Shown in pieces: positions 51,201-62,115 of a stretch of 64,000 nt of DNA. The notes beneath the pieces are model-generated. The model did no database searches. It had not been told where the DNA came from and worked only from the letters and a program-made list of their open reading frames with translations. Source of the stretch: Dictyostelium discoideum (lineage: Eukaryota). How positions within the stretch are numbered: the stretch's first letter is position 1; each line of letters opens with the position of its first letter. The stretch covers positions 1,184,001 to 1,248,000 of the forward strand of contig CM000150.2 in NCBI GenBank assembly GCA_000004695.1, given 5' to 3'. A program made the position numbers and the translations under genes.

Positions 51201-51989
51201 ATGAATATCTTTATGGCTACTCGTTCATCATTAGGTTGTAATGCATCAACACCATCACTTTTAATGCCAATTCAAAGAAAGAGTGCAGCACCATACATTA
51301 CCTATGGACTTGGTCATCTCATTGAACGTTTAAAGACCAACGCCTATAAATCAACAACCGAAGGTAAATTCAATGACGCTCTTTCTCATTTCACTTATAT
51401 TCTTCATACAATCATCTTTTGTTCAGTTGATAATAAACAAGAAGTGAATGAACTTAAAGATTTAATTAACATTTGTCGTGAATATATCTTGGGTATTAAA
51501 ATTGAATTACAAAGAAAAGAACTCTCAATTGGTGCTCAAAAAGATTCAACACTTGGTAGACAAGCTGAATTGGCCGCTTATTTCACTCATTGTAATTTAG
51601 ATCCATCTCATTTAATTCTTAGTCTTCGTTCCGCTATGAATTGCGCTTACAAAGTTAAACACTTTAATTTGGCAGCTTCATTTGCACGTCGTCTCATCTC
51701 TCTTAATCCAAATCCTGATCTTGCCACTCAAGCTAAAAAAGTTTTCAACTTTGCTCAACAAACTCCAACCCCATCAGATATTCAACAATTAAACTATGAT
51801 GAACGTAATCCATTTGTAATTTGTGCTCACTCTTATGTACCAATCTATAAAGGTTCTCCATTAATTAAATGTCCATATTGTTCAAGTTGTTATTTACCAA
51901 CTCATAAAGGTAAAGTTTGTTCAGTTTGTCAAATCTCTGAAATTGGTAAAGATGTTCAAGGTTTACAAGTTATTACAATTCAAAAATAA
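48234..51989 (+). CDS. copA: Coatomer subunit alpha (COPA), 2 exons: 48234-48387 and 48478-51989 (~1221 aa); the 90-nt intron is in-frame and stop-free, so the ORF track reads through it
   Basis: [80 protein letters not shown]... is collinear with human COPA across the WD40 repeats and C-terminal domain. The intron GTAAAT...TTATAG (48388-48477) would encode [30 protein letters not shown] if retained. Confidence 0.9.
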   Translation: [1251 protein letters not shown]

Positions 51990-52114
51990 AATAATAAAAA
52001 AAAATAAAAATAAAAATATAAAATTATTATTAAAATTAAATATATAAAAATAAAAAATAAAAATATATAAAAATTAATAAATATGTTTATTTATTTTAAT
52101 TTTATTTATTTTAT

Positions 52115-53782
52115 TTATAAATATTTTTCAGTATTTTTAATTAAATGATAATAAAAATCAACCAATTGTTTATAATTTTTAATTGTTAATCTTTCATCGA
52201 TACCATGTAAACGTTGAAGATCACTATTTTCGAGTACCATTGGACAAAATCTAAATATATTTTCTGTTAAATTCCAATAATGACGAGTATCAGTATTTGC
52301 AATCATAATTGTTGGAGCTACAACAACATCAGGAAATTCTTGAAGAATAGTTGATTGAAGTAAATTGAAAGATTTTGAAGTTGTTGAAGATACAGGTGCA
52401 GGTTCAATAATATTTGAAATCTTTGAAATTTTAACACGATCATCATTGATAACACGATTGACATGATCAATGATATCATTTGTTGAATCACCAGGTACAA
52501 CTCTAAAATTTATAGTTGCATTTGCTTCCATTGGTATTACATTTGCTTTATTACCAGCATTGAAAATTGTTAAAGCTGTAGTTGTTCTTTGAAGTGCATC
52601 CAAAGTTGGTTTAGTTGATAATACTCTAGAGATGATTGGTTCGAATAACCAAAGATTTGAGAAAAGGAAACGATAAGGTAATGAACATTCTCTACCAACG
52701 AAATCAAATAGTAATCTAGTTTCACGTAGTTTTGGTGATGGTGGATTATTTTCAAGTTTTGAGACTGCTTGTGCCAAAACCCCAATTGCACTCTCACGAC
52801 GTGGCATAGATGAATGACCACCAACGATTGTAACTGATAATTTGATATCGATTGCACCCTTTTCAGTGATACCAACTGATGCGATTGGTTTTGATAAACC
52901 TGGGAATACTGGTGGTAAAAGAATTGGTAAACCTTCATCTAAAATGAATTCAAATGGTCCAATTTCATTTGTATCGAAATATTTGTTAATATTGAATGCA
53001 CCATTATTACCACCCAATTCTTCATCATGTCCAAATGCAAAATAGATTGAACGTTGTGGTTTAAATCCTTGACTTAATAAATCTTCAACACTCTCTAGTA
53101 TTGCCATGACTGATCCTTTATCATCCATTGTACCTCTACCCCAAATATAGGTATCATCGATATGACCTGAAAATGGTGGATGTGTCCATTTATCTAAAAA
53201 TAATGTTGGTACAACATCAATATGACCTGCTAATAGGATTGGTTTTAAACTTTCATCTAATCCTTTCCAATTATAAACTAAACTATAATTTGCAATAATA
53301 TTTAATTTTAAATATTTATGAACTTTTGGAAATGTTATTTTTAAAAATTCATGAAATTTTAAAAATTCTGGTTCATATTGATCGAATTCATCTGATTCTC
53401 CAAATGAAATTGTTTTAAATGTTGTTGCCTTTGAAATATAAAAAAAAAAAAAAAAAAAAATTAATCATTTAAAGAAATAAATAAAAATAAATAATAAAAA
53501 AATTAAATAAAATAAAATATGTTTTAATTTACTTACTTTTGCTAATCTTTGAGCTAATTCTATATCAGATAATGTTGTAAATGAATCTATATGATCTGGT
53601 GATAATATTTCAACTTTTGGTTGTTTTGATGTAAATCTAATTGTATTTAATACCAACATTAATAAAATACCAATTAATAAATTTCTAATAATGATTTTAA
53701 TTAAATTAAATTTGGTTGTTTTTGATCCATTTGTTGGTTTTGATTTACCATTATCATAATCTGATTGTTTTCTTTTATCCAT
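52115..53782 (-). CDS. Peptidase M20 family carboxypeptidase (carboxypeptidase S / PM20D1-like) with N-terminal signal-anchor; exons 53782-53537 and 53428-52115 (~519 aa)
   Basis: Exon 1 is MDKRKQ...IIIRNLLIGILLMLVLNTI...LAQRLAK|, with GTAAGT donor. Exon 2 is ATTFKTISFGESDEF...LLAGHIDVVP...GRGTMDDKGSVMAILESVEDLLSQGFKPQRSIYFAFGHDEELGG, which carries the M20 metal-binding / catalytic motifs. Confidence 0.8.
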
Positions 53783-53869
53783 TTTTTCTATATGAATATA
53801 GGGGGAGGAAGGGTTTTTAAAACAATGTTTTTAATTTTATTTATTTTTTTTTTTTTTTTCAAATAATCC

Positions 53870-53903
<34 letters not shown>

Positions 53904-54362
53904 AATTTACATTTTGGTGATATGAATTTAATTTAAAAAAAAAAAAAAAAAAATTAAAAAAAAAATATATTTTTAATTTTTTTTTTTTTTTTTGATAAAG
54001 ATATATCACATATTGGGACAATTTTATTTTGTTTTTGAAAAAAAATGATTTTTTTTTTTTTTTTAAAAAAAAAAAACAAAACAAAAAAATGAAAAAAAAA
54101 AACAAAACTAATTTTATCTAAATGTTTTAATAATTTCCTTTTTAGTTTTTTTTTTTTTTTTCAAAAATTAATAAAATGATGTCTTTATGGAGTTTATAGA
54201 TCTTTTAAACAGTATCATTTACAAATTATTAATTGTTTAACAATAATTTTTTTTATTATTTTAATTCATTAATTTTTTTTTTATTTTTATTTATATAAAT
54301 AAAATATTTTTTTTATTTTTTATTTTTTTTTATAATTTTATATTAATAAAAAAAAAAAAAAA

Positions 54363-54539
54363 ATGATTCAAGATAAAGTAATTGAAAATTATTCAAATGG
54401 TATTGAAAGAATATCAAAAAAATCTTTTCCAGATTATATCGATTATAAAATTATAAAATCAATAATTGATTTTTTATTAATTCCAAGAAAAAGATTTTAT
54501 GATATTCAATATTTTTGTGAAAATGAAGTTGATAATAAA

Positions 54540-54574
<35 letters not shown>

Positions 54575-56237
54575 TAATTCTTTAAAATTGAAAAATAATT
54601 ATAATAATAATAATAATATTAATAATAATAGTAATATTATATTCGAAGAATATTTAGTAAATAATTATAAATTATTTATTGATGAAATTATTGATTATTC
54701 ATTAGTATCAAAGAAATGGAATAAATATATTTCAACATTAATTTCAAATTCAATTGTTGATAATAATTTAATAGAATATTGGTTTACACCAGAAAGGATA
54801 AAGAAATTATTTGTTACCAATAAACTTAATAAATCATTTTCATTAGAAATAAATAAAAAACATTCAATAATAAAAATAGAAAAGAAAATAGTAATTGATT
54901 ATTTTAATAAAAAAGTTTTAATGATTAATCAATGTGAATTCATTAAATTAAATAAAAGACAAATTGATGGAATTAAATTAAAATTTAATAAAATCGTAAT
55001 AGAATTATTTGGTAATGAAATTGTTTATAAATATATGAATCAAGCAAGTAATTTTGAAAATGGGAATAACGACTTCAAGATGGAATTAAATATAAATAAT
55101 TTCTCATTGGATGAAAATGAATTTATTGGATTTGGTGTTGATACTAAAATTGTGAATATAAATAAAATTCAATTATTTGGTGCAAATGAATTACAAATTC
55201 TAGATTTTATTAGATATTTACAACCAAAACATTTAACCTATGATCCAAATGGTTGCTACAGTCAAGATTCATATTACCATATGGACTATTCACCATTATT
55301 TAATCCAGAAATAATTGGTGACAGAATTGAGTCAATTAAAGTCATCGGCTACTCTGATCATGTTGAACCATACTGTTTGAAGACTATAAATAAATTAAGA
55401 AATTTACACACACTTTCTATACCAATCCTATGCCATGACCTTATTAAGCTCCTAAGTGATATAGATCTTGGTGAAAATGGGTGCGACTACCATTACGGCC
55501 CATTAGAGAAAACCAATAACTTGAAGGAAGACTGGGACCAAATGATAGATTCGGTTTTAACTTGTAAATCATTAAGAAATTTAACATTGTCAAACTTTTG
55601 TTCCGATGGTGAATTTTGCTTAAAATGCGATGATGAACATTCTGAAAAAATCATTAATTCAAAGAAACAATTATCAGATGGAATCAAGAAATTGTTAAAA
55701 AGCGACTACCTTTATTATTTAAAATTGGATGATATCGATTTCGTTGAAGAGTCTACATTTTCACCACTATTAGAGAACTTTTCATTAAAAGTTTTGGTTT
55801 TAAAATTTAGATGTATAAATCATACAATGCATGAAGAAACTTATCTAAATCATTGTAAAATCATTCAATTCATTCTATCAAATCAAATCAATATCAATCA
55901 TTTGAAAATTTCATTAATTGATGGTTTAGGCTCAAAGAATTCTCAATTTGATACAAAATTAATCTCTTTAATCTTTAACACTCTATTAAATCAACAAAAG
56001 AATAATATTAAAACAAATTTATATTCAATTGGTTTAGTAATTCAAAAAGAACAATTTGATCAAGTTTTCAATTATTTTAAATTATTTTCTGATTCAACTT
56101 TTAAAACAACACCAATTATTAAAGAATATTATCTATCATTCACTTATCCTGTTGATAATGAATATATTAATTCTTTAAAAGATAAAATTAAAAATATTGA
56201 TTGTAAAAAAGGAATAGTTATTAATATAAATAAATAA
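54363..56237 (+). CDS. Hypothetical protein (624 aa), lineage-specific, Asn-rich insert, Leu-rich C-terminal half
   Basis: Long uninterrupted ORF with coding composition, flanked by AT-rich/poly-A intergenic DNA. No family recognised. An F-box/LRR-type organisation is possible from the pattern of Leu/Ile spacing but is not supported by a clear motif. Confidence 0.5.
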
Positions 56238-56355
56238 ATAAATAAATAAAATAAATATATATATATGTATAAAATATTATTATTATTATTATTATTTTTT
56301 TTTTTTTTTTTTTTTTTTTATATTTACAATTGTATGTTTATTTATTTATTTATAT

Positions 56356-56963
56356 TTATTTATTATTATATTTTTCTAATTGAATTAATCTTTTATTAAT
56401 ATATTCTAATTCTAATTGAAATGGTTTTAATAATTCTCTTCTTAAATTTAATGATTCAATTTCTTGATTGATTTCAATTTTTGATTTATTTACAGGTGAA
56501 ATTAAATTAAATTTTGTGAATTCATTAATATTATTTAATTTTGTTTTAATAGGTTGTTGTAATGTTGATGGTGATGGTGATGGTGATGGTGGCAATGATG
56601 ATGATGATGATGATGATGATGAAGATGATGAATTTTTATAATTTTTACTTGAAATAATGAGTTTTGCCCTATGTTGTGGTATACCATTTTGTTTTATATT
56701 TTCATCTTTATATTTATTATTATTATTTACATTAACCTTTTCATTTTCATTCATTGATTGTATTTTATCTTCACTTTCACTATCTTCATATTCTTCATCT
56801 TTAAAATTTTGCATTTGGTCACAATCACTATTATTATTATCATCATCATCACTATCACCATCACTATCACCATCACTATCAATATAGTCTGTCATATAAT
56901 AGGATTCATTTTTAATTATATTATTATTATCATTATTATCATTATTATTATTATCATCATTTA

Positions 56964-57018
<55 letters not shown>

Positions 57019-57453
57019 TAAAATTATTTGATTATTAAATCCTTGAATATTATAATATTTTGCAATTTTTAATATGAATTGATTATTTTCATCATATAAT
57101 CCATTAAGATTATCGAAAAGATCATGATAGAATATAGATGGTGCATTTGATTTATTTGGTAAAATAACTTTTGATTTTTCAAAAGTTTTATTTAAATGTA
57201 AAACTGATGAAGTTGAACTTTTAAAAATTATTAATTCTTGAGGCAAAAAATAATAAAAACCACCTTTTTGTAATTGATAAACTCTTAATTGAGTTGACCC
57301 ATCTATAAAACTATATCTATTATCTGGTTTTTTTGGAACTAATTTTGATTTTAATGTTGATTGATTTTGAAATATGTAAAAACAAATCTCTCTTTGAATT
57401 GGCCACGATAATCTAACAAAAAACTTTTTACTTTTATCTTTTAATAAATTCAA
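56356..57453 (-). CDS. Hypothetical low-complexity protein (poly-N, poly-D/S, PSPSPS); 5' end unresolved
   Basis: The ORF is open, but the first codon the track labels M is TTG. There is no in-frame ATG for >250 codons, and the frame stays open upstream into a poly-A (Lys) tract. A true start probably lies in an unidentified upstream exon, or the ORF is partly spurious. Confidence 0.35.
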
Positions 57454-58725
57454 TTTTTTATCTATTTTTCTTACATATTTAAATTCACTTTTATTGATTT
57501 TATGACGATTTATTTCTTTTTTTTTTTTTTTTTTTATTTTATTTTATTTAATAATTAAAAAAAAAAAAAAAAAAAATTAGTATTTGTTTTAATTTTATTT
57601 ATTTATTTTTTTATTATTACTTTTGTTATTTTTATTTTTTTATTTTTTTATTTTTATTATTTTATTATATCAATTTTTTTATTATATTTCTTTACCATCG
57701 AGGGTTAACATTGCCTTTATTGTTAATCATATATAAAAAAAAAAACAAAAAAGCAACAACGAAAAAAAAAAAATTTTAGATGTCACCCCATTTGTAAATT
57801 TTAAAAAAAAAAAAAATAAAATAAAATTAATAAAAAAAAAATAAAACAAATTTTTTTTTTTCCAAAATTTTTTTTTATAGATTTGTAAACCAAGATGCTA
57901 AACAGATCTTGATTTTTAAAATGAAATTTGAAATGTTTTTAAAAATATGGACTTTTCTCATTCCGAAAAAAAAAAAAAAAAAAAATTTTTATAAAAATAA
58001 TAAAAAATAAAATATAGGAATATATTTGTAAGAAATCAAAATAATTTAAAATACCAAATTATCTTTGGTTTTTTTCTTTTAATAAAAAGAATAAAAAAAA
58101 TATATAAAAATTGGTTTATAAATTTACATTTATTTTTTTTTTTTTTTGTTTTGTTTATTTTTTTTTTTTTTTTTTTTTTTGATTGGTTATTATCCCAAAA
58201 AAAAAAAAAAAAATGAAAGAATGAGTTGTATGGATTTCTTGGCTATTTACAGAGAGATATAATTCGATTTTATAAAATGATTTCAATTTTGTTGATATTT
58301 GTTGAAAAAATTAAATTTAGTTTGGTTTGATTTGGTTAGATTTGTTTTTGTGTTGCTTGTTTTTTTTTTTTTTTTTTTACATTTGGGATTATTGCATTTG
58401 ATTTTGAAAAAATAGGTTTTTTAGTTGCAAATAGAAAAAGAGATAAAAAAAGATGAATAAAAAAAAAAAAAAAAAAAGAAAAGAAAAAAAAAAGATTAAT
58501 TTTCTTGATTTCTCATTTGTTGTGATGACGACTGACAATAAATTGATAAATAAACCATTTTTTGATGTTGATGTTGGTGTTGAGGTTGGTGCTGGTGTTT
58601 GTTATTATTATTATTACTATTATTATTATTTTTTTTTTTTGTTTTTTTTTTTTTTTTTGTTTTTTTGATGGATGTTTATTTTTTTTTTTTTTTGAATGTT
58701 TTTTTTTCAAAAAAAAAAAAAAAAG

Positions 58726-58866
58726 TTACATAATACTGTTTTCTAATGCAACTAAAGAATGTGGTTGGTGTTGAGTTCCAAAGTTAACTTCTTTTTGAAT
58801 CTTTGCTTTCTCTAAAATGTATTTTCCAACTTTATATTTTTGAGATTCCTCTTTTGCAAATTCCTG

Positions 58867-58897
<31 letters not shown>

Positions 58898-59286
58898 ATT
58901 AAAATTTTAAATATTTCGGAAATTAAACTGAAAAAAAAAAAAAGGTAAGCTTACATATTTCCAACCTAAAGTTTCACCACAATCTATACAATAGATATCG
59001 GCAACAATATGCATTCCAGTTGTTAATGTTCTATCTTCACTTGGGCCAACTGTTATATTTGAACAAGTACCAAATAAAAATGCTGTACCATGTCTACCTT
59101 GAAATTGCTATAAATTATAAAATATGTTAACATAGGTTTTTTATTTTTTTTTAAAAAAAAAAAAAATATTATAAATTGAAATCTTACCTTTGAAATTAAT
59201 TGATCGTGAAGAGTTAAGTGAGTTTTACAATTTAAACAACAAATTATACTTGGTCCAGTGAGATAAGTTTTAAACAATCTTCCCAT
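58726..59286 (-). CDS. Yippee-family zinc-binding protein (129 aa), 3 exons: 59286-59188, 59107-58955, 58863-58726
   Basis: [33 protein letters not shown]|[51 protein letters not shown]|[25 protein letters not shown]... is collinear with Drosophila/human Yippee (MGRLF.TYL.GP..Y.C..C.THL..HDDLISKSFQGRHGRAYLF...CGP..ER.LLTGLH.VADIYCENC.T.LGWKYE.A.E.SQKYKEGK). Phase-0 introns are GTAAGA..TTATAG and GTAAGC..TTTCAG. Confidence 0.85.
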
Positions 59287-60588
59287 TTTTTTTTTGTTTG
59301 GTTATTTATCTTTTATATAAAGTGATATATATTCTCTAAATTTTCTTTTTTTTTCTTTTTTTTTCTTTTTTTTTTTTTTTTTTTTAAATTAAAAAAGCTT
59401 GGGGTGATTTTTTTAATTTATTTTATTTTAATTTTTTTTTTTTTTTTTTTTTAATTTTTTTATATATAGTTGTAGTTTAAATTGAGTGGTGTTGTTATTG
59501 AGTGCTATGGAGAGAAAACAAATAAAATTAACAAAATTAAAATAAAATAAATAGGCTAAAAAAAAAAAAAAAAAAAAAAAAATAAATAAATAAATAAACA
59601 AATTAACAAAAAAAATAAAATAAAATAATTAAAAAAAAAACAATTAAATATAAAAAAAACAAAATTAATTATTATGTTTTTAAAAAAGTGAAAAAATAAA
59701 AAAAATTATTAAAAAAAAACCAATTATTGTAGATGATCTTTTAAAAGGGTTATTGAATTCCTATTTTTATCGATTAAAACTATTGTAATTTGGGGTTATT
59801 TTTTACTTTTGTTTATTTTTTTTTTTTTTTTTTTATATATATACACATATATTATGAAAATATTATTTTAAAAAAAAAACTGTCTCCTAAGGTAATATAA
59901 CCGTAAATATTTTAATTGATTAGGTCGGAGCTTGCACGGTTTTTTTTTTTTATTTATTTTATTTTTTTATTTTTATTATTATTAAATTTTTTTTTTTTTT
60001 ATTATTATTAAAAAAATAAATAAATAAATAAATAAAAATTAAAAAAAAAAAAAAAAAAATCCAATTAAATAATTATTATTATTATTATTTATTATTTATT
60101 ATTATTTTATTACTTATTTATATTATAAGTATATAATAAAAGTGGATAATAATGTATTGTGGAAACAAAAATAAAAAAAAAAAACAATAAAAAAATAAAA
60201 AAAAAGAGTAAAAAAAAACAATTTATAAAAAAAAAAATAAAATTAAAAAAAATAAAAATTAAAAAAAATAAAAACTTTTGATGAGAAGCAAGATATTTTG
60301 TTTTGCTCACAATATTATGAGAAAAACTGTTTTTTATACGAGTGACTATCACAAAAAAAAAAAAATAAAAAATAAAAAAAAAATAAAAAAAAAAGAAAAA
60401 GAAAAAACAATCAACTGACACAAGCAACCCAAAAAAGAAAAAAAGAAAAAAAAAAAAAGAGAATCAAACCATTTAAAGGGACCGTTTTAAAAAAAAAGAA
60501 AAAAAAAAAAAAAAAGAAAATTTTATTTTATTTTATTTTTTTATTTTATTTTATTTTATTTTATTTTTTTATTTTTTTAAATAATTAA

Positions 60589-61377
60589 TTAATTATTACT
60601 ATTATTTGAATTTGTTAATTCATTTTTTGATCTTAAATATTTTATAACTTGCATTTTTTGAGGATGATATTCAGGAGATTCACCATACCCAATGATTCTT
60701 TGTTGATAACAATCTTGAGTTCTTCTTAATGCTTCTAAGCCAGTGACTTGATATAATCTACCCAACAGACAAGCACCAATGATACCTGTACGACCTCTAC
60801 CAGCCCAACAATGAAGATAGACCTTATTATCCAATGATAGTAAATTCAATAATCTCTCTATCAAATCCACTAAATCTTCATTATTCTCTGCGATACCACC
60901 ATCCTCAATTGGGAAATGTACAAATGTGACACTATCAACATCTATTCCTTTCTCTTTTGATAATTTTAAAATGTCCTCTCTATAAGGTCTAAACTTTTTC
61001 AACTCATCCTGTTCTTGTAAACAAACAAATACTCTAATACCAGAATCTAATAAAGTTGAAAGTGTTTTAAAATGAACGATATCATCATCCTTGTTACCAG
61101 GATATTCACCACATAGGATTGAATCTTTGACAATCCAATTCGTAGTGTCCAAAGGTCCTTTCATATCATCAGAATCATCATTACAATACATTCCACTTGT
61201 ATTGAATGTGATACTACCAGGTGTGGTTATACCATTACCATTACGATTGGTGTTATTATTCTCACTATTGTTGTTGTTAATGTTTTCATTTTTATTTTTA
61301 ACACAATTTCCTTCACAACAAAGTCCATTTTTACCTATTATATGCCATCTTGGAGGTAAAAGTTTAATATAGTTCAT
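60589..61377 (-). CDS. Dual-specificity protein phosphatase (CX5R active site HCWAGRGRTG), 262 aa, single exon
   Basis: VYLHCWAGRGRTGIIGACLL is a canonical P-loop, preceded by IEDGG (a general-acid-like segment). The N-terminus is Asn-rich. The subfamily (PTEN/CDC14/PFA-DSP-like) cannot be decided by eye. Confidence 0.7.
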   Translation of the reverse strand: MNYIKLLPPRWHIIGKNGLCCEGNCVKNKNENINNNNSENNNTNRNGNGITTPGSITFNTSGMYCNDDSDDMKGPLDTTNWIVKDSILCGEYPGNKDDDIVHFKTLSTLLDSGIRVFVCLQEQDELKKFRPYREDILKLSKEKGIDVDSVTFVHFPIEDGGIAENNEDLVDLIERLLNLLSLDNKVYLHCWAGRGRTGIIGACLLGRLYQVTGLEALRRTQDCYQQRIIGYGESPEYHPQKMQVIKYLRSKNELTNSNNSNN

Positions 61378-61815
61378 ATTCAGTGTGTTGTTGTTTTTTT
61401 TTTAAAAATTAATTTCTTACTGAATACTATTGATTTTTATATTTATATTATATTTATTATTGATATTGATATTATTGTTGTTATTTTTATTATAAAAATA
61501 TTTCATAAGGTAATATTATATATATTTGTGTATTAAATTAATACAAATTTCTTTTTTTTATTTTATTTTATTTTATTTTATTTATTTTATTTTATTTATT
61601 TTATTTTATTTTTTATTTTCTTCTTCTTTAAATTTATTAATGTTCTTGTTTTTATTAGAAATGAGATATTATTTAGGCTTTTTTTATTTTTTTTTATTTT
61701 TTTATTTTTTTTATTATTATTATTATTATTATTCGTTTGTAGTGGATAATATTTGCAGCTGCTCACAAATTTGTGTGTTCAAAATGAAATGAAAAAAAAA
61801 AATGAAAAAAAAAAT

Positions 61816-61854
<39 letters not shown>

Positions 61855-62115
61855 AAAATTAAAAAAATTAAAAAAAAAAAAAAAAATTAAAAAAAAAAAA
61901 ATTTGGATTAAGATATTTGTTTCCAAAAATACAAAATATCCTAGTTTAAAAAAAATTCAAATAATTCAAAATCTGAAAATAAAAAAAAAATTGAGATATT
62001 TATTATAACAATCAGAAATTAAAAGAAAAATATAAAATATAAAATGTCATAGTTTTAATATTAAAAAAATCATAGTTTTTTTTTTTTTTTTTTTATTTTA
62101 TTTTATTTTATTTTT

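Noticed and set aside
48234-51989. Single continuous 1251-aa ORF for coatomer alpha.
   Set aside because: It is not the true CDS. Homology shows 48388-48477 is an in-frame intron, and the real product is ~1221 aa.
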